From positions 3,496-67,495 of the forward strand of contig JAZURV010000011.1 in assembly GCA_045606425.1 (NCBI GenBank): a stretch of 64,000 bases of DNA, read 5' to 3'. Positions 49,163 through 58,685 of this stretch are shown piece by piece. Every line of letters begins with the position of its first letter. Position 1 is the stretch's first letter. The translations under genes were made by a program, and so were the position numbers. The stretch is from Candidatus Enterousia sp. GTDB taxonomy: Bacteria > Pseudomonadota > Alphaproteobacteria > Rs-D84. A model generated the notes under the pieces. The model was not told where the DNA came from. It saw only the letters and a list, made by a program, of their open reading frames with translations, and made no database searches.

Positions 49163-50866
49163 ATGTCAACAGCAACACTTTTATTTTTTGTAATTGCTTT
49201 TATCGCAGTGTTTTTTATGCGGCTTTTCAGAATGGGGACTTTGCTGGCTTTTTTGCTGACAGGTATTTTGGCGGGCGAACATGTTTTTGGTTTGTTTGAA
49301 TTATCTGGAACATGGAATTTCTTGGGCGAATTGGGCATAATGTTTTTATGGTTTAATATTGGTTTACAAATAAATATGCGCCGCCTGTGGCAGTTGCGTC
49401 GTACAATTTTCGGTTTGGGTGCGTCCCAGGTTTTAATGGTTGCTGTAATGTTATTCCCGATTTTGGTTGGGTTGACCACATGGTCAATACTGGCGACGAT
49501 AATGATATCTTTGATTTTGGCGATGTCCAGCACATCCGAAGATTTGCAAATTCTAATAGACAGAAATCAGTTGCAGACAAATATGGGGCGTCAGACTTTT
49601 TCAATTTTATTGTTCCAGGATTTGTTGTCGATTCCGTTGTTGGCGATGTTGCCAGTTATGACGGGCAAATCCATAAATCTGGGTGCATCTGCGATTGATA
49701 TTTTGGTAATGTCTGTTGGTTTGATACTGGGCGTTGTGATTGTATCAAAGTTTATTATAAATCCGTTGATGCGTATGGTTTCGCGCATTCGGTCAGGCGA
49801 AGCGTTTGTTTTGGCGATAATGGTGAATATAGCGGTGTGGGCTGTTGTATTGAATTTAATGGGATTGCCGCCGGCGTTGGGTGCGTTTTTGGCGGGTATG
49901 TTGATGTCTGAAACTGTTTTCCGTCATCAGGTCAATGCTGCAATCGAACCGTATGCGACTTTGTTTTTGGCGTTCTTTTTCATTGTGTTAGGTATGGGGA
50001 TAAATGTGCCGTTCTTGTTGAATAACTGGGCTGTGGTACTGGCAGGGGTAGCGGGTTTGATTTTTGTAAAATTTGTTGCACTGTACATGGTTGCACGCGT
50101 TCGTAATGTTCCTGGGCACGAGGCATCTTTAATGTCCCTTATTCTGGCCCAGGGTGGGGAATTTGGTTTGTTGATTTTGCAGACGATGAAAACAAACGGT
50201 ATTTCTGCAATTCCTGCAGACCATCAGGAAATTTTAACTGCAATCATAATTGTTTCTATTATGATGACGCCAATATTATTATTGGTATTTGACCGTGTAT
50301 TAAAATCAGGACACATCTTTGATGGTTCCAGAAATAAAAAATTGTCAGAAAGAACAACAGAAGAAATCCCCAGTGTTGTAATTTGTGGCTTTGGCCGTAT
50401 GGGACAAATTATTGCCCAGATGTTAGAAACTGAAAACATTTCGTATGTTGCAATTGACGGCAATGTTGACGAAGTGGTCCTTGCCCGCGAAGATGGATAT
50501 AATGTGATTTATGGCGATTCTAAGAAAAAGGCGATTTTACAGGCTGCCGGTTTGCGGGTCAACAAGACCAAGGCTGTTGTTATTGCGCTGGATGATGAGG
50601 TTGCCGCGCGTGACATTGTCGAAACAATTCATGGAATATCTAAACGTATCAAAATCTTTGCGCGTGCGCGTAATCTTAAATCTTCACGGGAATTGTTGCG
50701 TTTGGGCGTAAAATCTGCAACACCTGAAATCATAGAATCTTCGTTTATCTTGGGCGCAGATATTATGGCGAACATGGGGTATTCTGCGGCAAAGATAAAT
50801 GCGTTGGTTGATTATCTGCGTGAAAATGACTATGAAAATGTGAAGAAACCAATAAATACAAAATAA
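49163..50866 (+). CDS. CPA2-family cation/proton antiporter with TrkA-N (KefB/KefC-like)
   Basis: Polytopic N-terminal domain plus a Rossmann motif VICGFGRMGQ. Confidence 0.85.
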   Translation: MSTATLLFFVIAFIAVFFMRLFRMGTLLAFLLTGILAGEHVFGLFELSGTWNFLGELGIMFLWFNIGLQINMRRLWQLRRTIFGLGASQVLMVAVMLFPILVGLTTWSILATIMISLILAMSSTSEDLQILIDRNQLQTNMGRQTFSILLFQDLLSIPLLAMLPVMTGKSINLGASAIDILVMSVGLILGVVIVSKFIINPLMRMVSRIRSGEAFVLAIMVNIAVWAVVLNLMGLPPALGAFLAGMLMSETVFRHQVNAAIEPYATLFLAFFFIVLGMGINVPFLLNNWAVVLAGVAGLIFVKFVALYMVARVRNVPGHEASLMSLILAQGGEFGLLILQTMKTNGISAIPADHQEILTAIIIVSIMMTPILLLVFDRVLKSGHIFDGSRNKKLSERTTEEIPSVVICGFGRMGQIIAQMLETENISYVAIDGNVDEVVLAREDGYNVIYGDSKKKAILQAAGLRVNKTKAVVIALDDEVAARDIVETIHGISKRIKIFARARNLKSSRELLRLGVKSATPEIIESSFILGADIMANMGYSAAKINALVDYLRENDYENVKKPINTK

Positions 50867-50923
50867 TCATTTATATTTGATTTTATAATATCTAATTGCT
50901 ATATTTTTGAAAACGGAGAAAAC

Positions 50924-51478
50924 ATGAAAAAGTTTTTAAAATATATAGCAATTATTTTTATTGTTTTTATTGCTGATTTTTATTCTAAACACTATATCCT
51001 GCATTTGCTGGCAGACAAATATGGTGATATAATCTATAACCCAAATGCGATTTGTGCGAAATGCCACATAAATGGTGTTATCATTTCTTGGCGCGATTTG
51101 ATTGGTGGCGATTATGGTTTGTCTAATTTATTCAACATACATTTTGTTTGGAATCGCGGCGTTTCTTTTTCTGCCTTTAATTTCATGATGCCGATTATTT
51201 TAAGTGTTATAACAGCACTGATTATTTTATGGCTGATTTATTATATGGTGAAACGTGCGTGTGATTATGAATATTTGCCATTGGCATTTATTATTGGTGG
51301 TGCGATTGGAAATTTTGTTGATCGTGTCCGCTTTGGTGCGGTCACAGATTTTATACAATGGCACATCGGTGGATTGTGGACATTCCCGGCAATATTTAAT
51401 GTTGGTGATGTATTTATAACATTTGGTGTAATTTTGTATTTAATAAACCTGTTTTTGAACAGAAAGAAATGTAAGTAA
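50924..51478 (+). CDS. lspA: lipoprotein signal peptidase II
   Basis: WNRGVSFS, GGAIGNFVDR and FNVGD motifs. Confidence 0.85.
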   Translation: MKKFLKYIAIIFIVFIADFYSKHYILHLLADKYGDIIYNPNAICAKCHINGVIISWRDLIGGDYGLSNLFNIHFVWNRGVSFSAFNFMMPIILSVITALIILWLIYYMVKRACDYEYLPLAFIIGGAIGNFVDRVRFGAVTDFIQWHIGGLWTFPAIFNVGDVFITFGVILYLINLFLNRKKCK

Positions 51479-51489
51479 AAGGAAACATT

Positions 51490-53037
51490 ATGGTACAGTA
51501 TATGGATAATCAGTCTGGGTTTAATCAGTGGAACCAAATGAACACAAAAAAGCCGTCGCGTTTTTCGGGTTTTTTGTGGTGGCTGTTATTGTTTGTTTTT
51601 GCATGGTGGATAATGGGGGTGTGGTTTAAACCACAAAATGCTGAAATCAAAGAAGTTGCCCCAATCACAATCGAACAATCAAATGCAAAAACACGCAATA
51701 TCGCAAGCGAAGATGTTTCTTTTGATGTCCAGGGATTGCGTATTTCCAATGTATCGTTGAATAAGCATAAAAAAGATTCAAAATCAGATGAACATGTTTC
51801 GTTGTTAAACGCTGAAAATAACTTTGTCGAAATTGGTTATGTTTCGTCTGATGTCGTTGTTCCAAACATAAACACGCATTGGGAAATGAAATCTGGGGAA
51901 ATGCATTGGGATAACCCAAACGTACATTTTATGCGCAAGATATCTGTTGATGGTTATGTTATAAATGTGACGGATACGGTAAAAAATAAAACGAACCATG
52001 AAATCAGTATCGCACCATACACACAAATTACGCAAAGCGCTAACGATAACACTTCAGGTGTGGTTGAAACAGGTGGTGTTGTTTATGCGAATTCTAAACT
52101 GGATTATGTAAACTGGAATAAATTAAATAAAAAATCGTTTGCATATTCGTCTGTGAATGCGTCATTTGGTTTTGCAGACCAGTATTGGGAAACAATCGCG
52201 TCTATGGATACCACAGACCAAACAATTACATTGAAAAAAAGTGGAGATTTGTATTTCGCACAAACAAACGTGTTGCCAATCAAAATTGCACCGAAATCAG
52301 AACAAACAATACAAACCTATGTTTTTTCTGGCCCGCGTCAAAGCGATGTTTTGAATAACGCTGCGCAACACATTCCTGGTATTGCAAAGACTATGGATTA
52401 TGGTTGGTTCTGGTTTTTCGCCCAACCAATGTTGTGGACAATAAATTGGTTGTACGCGTTGGTTGGTAATTATGGTGTTGCGATTATTTTGATGACATTG
52501 TTGTTGCGAATTCTGATATGGCCATTGACACGCAAATCCTATGTTTCAACAATGGCGATGCAGAAAATGCAACCTGAATTGCAACGCGTCCAGAAATTGT
52601 ACGCAAATGATAAAGTGCGTCTGCAAATGGAAATGATGAAAATTTATCAGACGCATAAAACATCGCCTATGTCGGGGTGTTTACCAATGCTGATTCAGAT
52701 TCCAATCTTTTTCGCACTGTACAAGGCACTATTGATATCTGTTCCAATGCGTTCTGCGCGGTTTTTATGGATATCGGATTTGGCAGCGATGGACCCGTAT
52801 TTTATATTACCAATACTGATGGGATTGACAATGTGGTTGCAGCAATATTTGCAAACGCCAAAACAAAGCGGTGTACAAAATGATATTGCTGCATCGACCC
52901 AGCGCGCGATGAAATGGATGCCTGTGTTATTCACAGTATTGTTTGCATGGATGCCTGCGGGATTGGTGCTGTATTGGACAGTGTCTAATTTGTTTGGTAT
53001 TTTACAAATGTACATAATTAAAAAGACATCGAAATAA
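51490..53037 (+). CDS. yidC: membrane protein insertase YidC
   Basis: N-terminal TM segment, a large periplasmic domain, and the C-terminal 60KD_IMP block (PMLIQIPIFFALY...). Confidence 0.9.
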   Translation: MVQYMDNQSGFNQWNQMNTKKPSRFSGFLWWLLLFVFAWWIMGVWFKPQNAEIKEVAPITIEQSNAKTRNIASEDVSFDVQGLRISNVSLNKHKKDSKSDEHVSLLNAENNFVEIGYVSSDVVVPNINTHWEMKSGEMHWDNPNVHFMRKISVDGYVINVTDTVKNKTNHEISIAPYTQITQSANDNTSGVVETGGVVYANSKLDYVNWNKLNKKSFAYSSVNASFGFADQYWETIASMDTTDQTITLKKSGDLYFAQTNVLPIKIAPKSEQTIQTYVFSGPRQSDVLNNAAQHIPGIAKTMDYGWFWFFAQPMLWTINWLYALVGNYGVAIILMTLLLRILIWPLTRKSYVSTMAMQKMQPELQRVQKLYANDKVRLQMEMMKIYQTHKTSPMSGCLPMLIQIPIFFALYKALLISVPMRSARFLWISDLAAMDPYFILPILMGLTMWLQQYLQTPKQSGVQNDIAASTQRAMKWMPVLFTVLFAWMPAGLVLYWTVSNLFGILQMYIIKKTSK

Positions 53038-53063
53038 AAAATGCCCAAACGGGCATTTTTTTA
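53034..53063. terminator. bidirectional rho-independent terminator
   Basis: ATGCCC-aaac-GGGCAT hairpin flanked by A5 and T7 runs, between convergent genes. Confidence 0.75.
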
Positions 53064-53399
53064 TTTTTTATTCAGATACTTCAATAATCCCATTGGGGTT
53101 TGTATCTGAATGTTTTTAATACCACAGGCGCGCTTTGTAAATTGCACACAGGTTAAACAAAAACGATTCAATTGTATATGGTCATCGTTTGAATATTTTA
53201 TGATTTGCCAGCCATGTTTTTTCAGTATTTTTAAATCAGTCCTTTTTATAAATATTTTTACGATTTTATTTATGCGTACAAACTGATAAATAATCACTGT
53301 GTCGCCGTCAACAATAATTGGTGCACAGTGTTTTATTTCCCGACAGAATAACCGTGCATGAATTTTGTGTGAATAATTTGAAAACCCGATATATAACAT
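53061..53399 (-). CDS. hypothetical protein (112 aa)
   Basis: Clean ORF with no recognisable motif. Confidence 0.4.
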   Translation of the reverse strand: MLYIGFSNYSHKIHARLFCREIKHCAPIIVDGDTVIIYQFVRINKIVKIFIKRTDLKILKKHGWQIIKYSNDDHIQLNRFCLTCVQFTKRACGIKNIQIQTPMGLLKYLNKK

Positions 53400-53417
53400 A
53401 ATATTTACCTTTGTGTT

Positions 53418-53771
53418 TTAATCGACCAACCAACCGCGTTTTCTGGCATATTCACCCAAGATATCCATCGCAGATTTCCACAACGCTGCGGCACGATTTT
53501 CAGAATAAATATATTGGTGTGGGGCGCGTTTTTTATCGCCAAATTTTTTCATCACCGCCAATTGTTCTTCGCTCAGTTTTCCGCACAGATAAAGTTTTGT
53601 AATCAAACTTTCGACATCCAGTATTTCACAGGGTCTTTTTAATGACGATTTATTATATCGAAATCCGTTTTGTATAGATTTAGAATATAAAAACCAAAAC
53701 CATAATTGTTCTGCATTTTGGAATTTGTCTGTTGTGTTTAATTCATCGTTTTTCTGTGTGTTTTGTAACAT
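53418..53771 (-). CDS. hypothetical protein (117 aa)
   Basis: AAAGGAG RBS with repeat-rich control region upstream. No recognisable motif. Confidence 0.45.
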   Translation of the reverse strand: MLQNTQKNDELNTTDKFQNAEQLWFWFLYSKSIQNGFRYNKSSLKRPCEILDVESLITKLYLCGKLSEEQLAVMKKFGDKKRAPHQYIYSENRAAALWKSAMDILGEYARKRGWLVD

Positions 53772-53975
53772 TTTTTTCTCCTTTTGTTATATGTTGGTTA
53801 CATTTAAAAAAAGTGCATTATTTCCTAATGCACCTAAAAGTATAATAAAAATCGAATCGTGTGAAACTATACAACCGTAAATAGAAACACGAATCGAAAA
53901 ACCGATTCGAAACGGCTTTTTTGTTCTGCGATTTCGAATCGTTTGAAATAAAAAAACCCGCAAACGCGGATTCTT

Positions 53976-56366
53976 TTATTTCATGTTGAACGGTTCTATA
54001 CAGTCACCGTCCCCTGGTGGACAACATGCAAATGTGCCGTCGCCCATGTCGGTATATGTTTCGCCAGGGCAGCATCCATTGGTATCGGGGGTGATGCCGC
54101 CTTCACAGGTCAAAATTTCTTCTTCTGCTACAATTGGGTCGTTTGGTTTTGACCATGGATTTATTATATTTTCTTCTTCGTCATATTTTAATCCCAAGAC
54201 ATCTTGATTATATGCCTTGGTTTGTTCTGCATCACGATTATCAGCAGTGCCATAAGTTTGTTGGAATTTTTCCTGCTGATTTTGATTATATGCGTTTTGT
54301 TTTGCGGTGTTTATCGCCTGGTAATTTTGCGATTCACAATACATGTAAACTGTACGATAATCATAACCAGATTCTGCCCAGTTGCTTTTGATTGTCACTT
54401 TGCCATTTTTGTCTTCGCAATATTCTATCAAATTAAATGAACGAACCTGACCAATCCACGATGGGTCATTGGTGTTGATTTCTACTTTGTTTTTCAATTC
54501 TGCCCATTTACGACGCTGTTTGCTGCCATATGTTGTGAATGCACATTTTTTACCAGCGTTTTCATTTTCATCGCATGTGACAATCAAATCAACTGGTGAA
54601 AACACATTTATACGCGTGCCGGCGGCAATTGAAAATGGTGGTACAGTATTATCGATTGCATCAACAATCAGTTTCTGTGTGATTTTATTCCATGTATTTA
54701 TAATTTCTTGTTTTGCCATTTCAGATGAACGTATCGTACCCGATTGAACAACTGTATTGTTATCTAAATCGATTTGATTTATAACAGTATCTGCAATTGG
54801 GGCAATCATATTGACTGCTGCCGGAACCAAAGAAGTTAAAATTGGCATAACCATTTGTTCAACATAATCGGTGCTGCCGTGGCCTGGAACACCCATACGA
54901 CCCTGGGCATCGGCAGAATATGGGTCTTGATTTTCATCTTTAAAATTAAATTCAACACCATCTGGTCGAATAAATTGGTACCATTTAATATTCATACGAC
55001 CAAACGCCTGGTACGGTCCAGGCAGGTTGCCGTCCAGATATCCCATCAACAAAGTGCCAGTTGGTAATATTATTGTGCGTCCATCATCAGAATAAACATT
55101 TCGGTCAACCGTTGCGCGTACAGGAATGCTGTGATTTTTTGTTGGGTCACATCGACCACTAACAACTTTATTGCATCCATAAACACTGGGGTCTGCACGC
55201 ACTTCGGAAACAATTGTTGCCGGAATAGGTTTGAATTGACGCAATATAAATGTTCTGTCATACGGACGTGAAGAGGTTACGGATTCTGAATCAAATCCGG
55301 AACCTTTTAATGCGTCTTTGTCTATTTCTTTTCCTTCCCAATCACCAATAATTTTTCCCATTGTGCCAGTGCCGCCTATATCGCCCAACCATATTGCATT
55401 TTCGCCAAATGTACCCTTTTCATTTGGTGCAACAAAAGATTTTGGCGCGCCCAAATTTGGCAGGGTTAAATTACGCGAACGAACATTTCTGTAACCGATG
55501 TGGTCTGAATCTGTACCAATTTTTGACCCGTCGTCCAGTGATGTTATAACGCCTGTTGAAATATCGTATATTCCAGTTGGATTGGAACAATCCTTATCTG
55601 AAAATGGGTGGAAATAATTTGCACCGTGTTCTGGTTTAATCCAACCGATTTGACGCCCAGATGGGTCATAGCCCGGTATCGCAAATTCAGAACACTGTTC
55701 CGGTGGCAATGCAAACATATTGTCTGGTTCTTCGTCTTTGAATGGATTTTCAATCGCCACAGTTTTTATTTCTTCCACTGGTGTTTCATAAACTGGTTCT
55801 GGTTCCACCACTGCGACAGGTTCTGGTTGTGGTTCTGGTCGTGGTTCTGGTTTAGGTTCTGGACGCGGTTCCGGTTTTGGTTCAGGTTTTTTCCATGACG
55901 AATATTTGATATCAACCGTTTGGCTTTTTACAATTTCAGGTTGTGATTCAATATACCAATTCACAGTCAATGTTGCATTCGATTCAGGTTGTTCTGAACG
56001 CGGTTTGTATATAACCTTTATCATGCAATAATCAGACACTTTGTCATCGCAATTATTTGTTTCAGTGATGTCAGGGGTATTGATGTCTATGCTTTTTATC
56101 ATAACCGGTGCGTTGACAGTTAAACTGATGCTGTCGCTGATACTTTTTCCAACTTCGGTTTCTGTCAAATCTATGGTTTTTGGATTTGCGTCCATGAAAA
56201 TATTTTCGTTTATATTTTCGTTTGCGACATTGTCAGACGATTTATGACCCAACAACAGAACCAATAAAATGATAACAACAACAAACGCAGCCCCCAACAA
56301 TATCCATTGGATATGTTTAGGTGTGTTTTCTTTTATTTCTATAAATTGTTGTTTCAAACTTTTCAT
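53976..56366 (-). CDS. virB10: VirB10/TrbI-like type IV secretion protein with long insertions and a Cys-rich C-terminal extension
   Basis: N-terminal TM segment and Pro-rich (PEPKPEPRPEP) linker. TrbI-like core (...FGRMNIKWYQFIRPDGVEF...AAGTRINVFSPVDL). Follows virB8 and virB9. Confidence 0.7.
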   Translation of the reverse strand: MKSLKQQFIEIKENTPKHIQWILLGAAFVVVIILLVLLLGHKSSDNVANENINENIFMDANPKTIDLTETEVGKSISDSISLTVNAPVMIKSIDINTPDITETNNCDDKVSDYCMIKVIYKPRSEQPESNATLTVNWYIESQPEIVKSQTVDIKYSSWKKPEPKPEPRPEPKPEPRPEPQPEPVAVVEPEPVYETPVEEIKTVAIENPFKDEEPDNMFALPPEQCSEFAIPGYDPSGRQIGWIKPEHGANYFHPFSDKDCSNPTGIYDISTGVITSLDDGSKIGTDSDHIGYRNVRSRNLTLPNLGAPKSFVAPNEKGTFGENAIWLGDIGGTGTMGKIIGDWEGKEIDKDALKGSGFDSESVTSSRPYDRTFILRQFKPIPATIVSEVRADPSVYGCNKVVSGRCDPTKNHSIPVRATVDRNVYSDDGRTIILPTGTLLMGYLDGNLPGPYQAFGRMNIKWYQFIRPDGVEFNFKDENQDPYSADAQGRMGVPGHGSTDYVEQMVMPILTSLVPAAVNMIAPIADTVINQIDLDNNTVVQSGTIRSSEMAKQEIINTWNKITQKLIVDAIDNTVPPFSIAAGTRINVFSPVDLIVTCDENENAGKKCAFTTYGSKQRRKWAELKNKVEINTNDPSWIGQVRSFNLIEYCEDKNGKVTIKSNWAESGYDYRTVYMYCESQNYQAINTAKQNAYNQNQQEKFQQTYGTADNRDAEQTKAYNQDVLGLKYDEEENIINPWSKPNDPIVAEEEILTCEGGITPDTNGCCPGETYTDMGDGTFACCPPGDGDCIEPFNMK
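55794..55890 (-). repeat. imperfect short tandem repeats encoding the (PEPK/PEPR)n linker
   Basis: The plus strand shows reiterated ggttctgg(t/a)... units. Confidence 0.7.
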
Positions 56367-56375
56367 TTGTTCGCT

Positions 56376-57845
56376 TTATTGTATTCTGACCACATGGCAA
56401 CTGGCGCCGCTGAATTTCAACAATTGGTCGCACAGTCTTTGTGCAGTATCGATGTCGGTCAATGGCCCAATGCGTAAACGATACAGACGCGCAGTTGCGG
56501 AATCAGAACCCAAATCACCAACACCCTGTTCATCAACAGCAAAGAATACACTGTTTTTATATGGACTTAAAATTCCTTCGCCATCGTCGCCACTGAATTT
56601 TGCCAATAAACTGGTCCAGTAATCATTCAATGCCTTGACCGAAGTGTCAGATTTTAATTCAACTGCGACCCCAGTCTGATTGCTGGAAATCAGTGGAATA
56701 TTTGTTTGTGGCAAATATGCGCCAGCCGTTGTGCGTGCTGTTGGTATCATATTGACACCGTTGCCGCCGCCGTATACAGGATTTTGTTGGTCGTACACAT
56801 ACATTGGTGTTGCGCTGTAATCCATAATGCTTTGGTTTATGGCGTATTGTTCGTCGCCATACGCAATCGCATTCAAAGACTGGTTCGCGGCCAGTGATTG
56901 CGCAACATTTGCCTCTGCCAGTGCCATAACGGACGCGGTATCAGCAATCAGGAACGGTTTTGCGCGTTTTTTGATACAAACAATGCGTTGACCACTGCGC
57001 AGAACCATATCGCCAACAGCCTCTACAATCAACAAACGACCGTCTTCGCCATCTGTGCGGAATCCAACAGGGCTTTCGCCACCTTCGACCAAAAGTGATA
57101 CCACAGGGCGCTGGGTCATTGAAATAACTTTGTCACCAAAATCGATGTATGTAAATATGCGGTCACGCCATACGCGTTCGGGCGCAATAACATAATCGTC
57201 TGGGTTTGGAACAAAAATATCCAAATCAAAACGGAATTCAGACGGGTCAATTTTCATTGTTTTTATCCACCCGTAATCTTCGCCATCAACACCAACGGTA
57301 CTGGGTTGTTGTGCATTAGAATTCCCAAAGATAGAACCCATTGAACCACCTGCAACCGGTGCAGTATTTGTATTTGCAATTCTGGAATTTCCACCCAGTG
57401 AAACATCAACCTGGGAATATGTGATTTCGCTGGAATTCACAGGGTACGCACGCAGATAGAATATGTATGTGTTCCCAGATTGTCCGGTCACAATTAAATT
57501 CGTATCGTTACCGTTATTACCACTTGCGGGCGTTATGTACATTGTTTCGCTGCCCTTTAACGCTTTAACTTCGAATAATCCGTCGTTACCGGCAACTGCA
57601 TCGGCGATTTTTTCGCCATTTGGCAATGTCACCAATGTCGCCATGCCTGCGCGTGTTTTTATTGGTAACACAGTTCCAGTAGACCAGGTAAGGTTTGCAT
57701 ATCCTGGTTTTGTTGACCCCGTGGCCATGTTTGCGTTTGGATTATCCCACGCGGCCTGAAAAGTTGCTTCTGCATGTGCAGGAAACGCGCAACATAAAAC
57801 AGTCAATAAAGAAATACTAAATTTGCATGTTTTTACAAAATTCAT
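56376..57845 (-). CDS. virB9: VirB9/CagX/TrbG-like type IV secretion protein fused to a C-terminal SPOR-like domain
   Basis: Signal peptide. VirB9 N-domain pattern (TLVTLPNGEKIADAVAGNDGLFEV...NLIVTGQSGNTYIFYL) and C-domain (VGFRTDGEDGRLLIVEAVGDMVLRSGQRIVCI). The tail reads LYRLRIGPLTDIDTAQRLCDQLLKFSGASCHVV. Confidence 0.75.
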   Translation of the reverse strand: MNFVKTCKFSISLLTVLCCAFPAHAEATFQAAWDNPNANMATGSTKPGYANLTWSTGTVLPIKTRAGMATLVTLPNGEKIADAVAGNDGLFEVKALKGSETMYITPASGNNGNDTNLIVTGQSGNTYIFYLRAYPVNSSEITYSQVDVSLGGNSRIANTNTAPVAGGSMGSIFGNSNAQQPSTVGVDGEDYGWIKTMKIDPSEFRFDLDIFVPNPDDYVIAPERVWRDRIFTYIDFGDKVISMTQRPVVSLLVEGGESPVGFRTDGEDGRLLIVEAVGDMVLRSGQRIVCIKKRAKPFLIADTASVMALAEANVAQSLAANQSLNAIAYGDEQYAINQSIMDYSATPMYVYDQQNPVYGGGNGVNMIPTARTTAGAYLPQTNIPLISSNQTGVAVELKSDTSVKALNDYWTSLLAKFSGDDGEGILSPYKNSVFFAVDEQGVGDLGSDSATARLYRLRIGPLTDIDTAQRLCDQLLKFSGASCHVVRIQ

Positions 57846-57872
57846 GTCTTTTTCCTTACCTTTTCAAAATCT

Positions 57873-58577
57873 TTACCAAGATTTCACATCTGAATCAAGT
57901 GGGTCGCCATTTGCGAAACCTTTTCCGTCCAAAACATTGTATTGAACAACCTGAAGCCCCAACGGATTATCGCGCAGTTTTTCCAGGTTTTCTTCTGTTC
58001 CAGACATGTTTTCGTCCAGATTTGATTTTATCCTTATTTGTATCCTAAACTTTTTTGTTGTCACTTGTCCAGAGATATTTTTACAAACCCATGTAAAATT
58101 CACATTATATGTATCGTTGTTTAGCGGCAGTACAGGGTTGTCGTTATTCTGGCTGACGAAATTCACATCACACGAAATATTTGGAATCTGGTCACCGAAT
58201 GCGAATTCTTCATACAGGCGGGTTTTTGTAAAATCAGAAAAAACACTGGCATCAGACCAATTTTTAACAATCCGTGACCAATTTTTGCCAGTATATCCCG
58301 GGGCTGTTGATAATGTGTTTCGTGCGATTACATATTCGCGAACAAAACCATTTTTATAAAGGTTCATAATGTTTTGATTGCCACTGTCAGAATTCATTGG
58401 TGTGATAACCAAATTTGCAGAACGCGTTGGTGTGCGCAAAAAGAAAACCTCTGGCCGTTCCAACGGAATCATTTTTAACAAAGTGTACCCCATTGTTGCC
58501 AACACAACAATCCCCGTGGCCAGCACGAATACCAGTATTCTGGACATTAAAATGGGTGGTTCAATGACCTTTGCCAA
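57873..58577 (-). CDS. virB8: VirB8-like bitopic type IV secretion protein
   Basis: 234 aa with an N-terminal TM segment followed by an NTF2-size periplasmic domain. TTG start with an AGGAG RBS 6 nt upstream. Lies directly upstream of virB9. Confidence 0.55.
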   Translation of the reverse strand: MAKVIEPPILMSRILVFVLATGIVVLATMGYTLLKMIPLERPEVFFLRTPTRSANLVITPMNSDSGNQNIMNLYKNGFVREYVIARNTLSTAPGYTGKNWSRIVKNWSDASVFSDFTKTRLYEEFAFGDQIPNISCDVNFVSQNNDNPVLPLNNDTYNVNFTWVCKNISGQVTTKKFRIQIRIKSNLDENMSGTEENLEKLRDNPLGLQVVQYNVLDGKGFANGDPLDSDVKSW

Positions 58578-58685
58578 ATGCGACTCCTACACTTATGTAA
58601 GATGATTGTAGACAATTTTATTTATCCAGCGCAAGCAAAAAATAATGTTTTTTTATTTTGTCTTTTGTGTATGTGTGGGGGCTGG

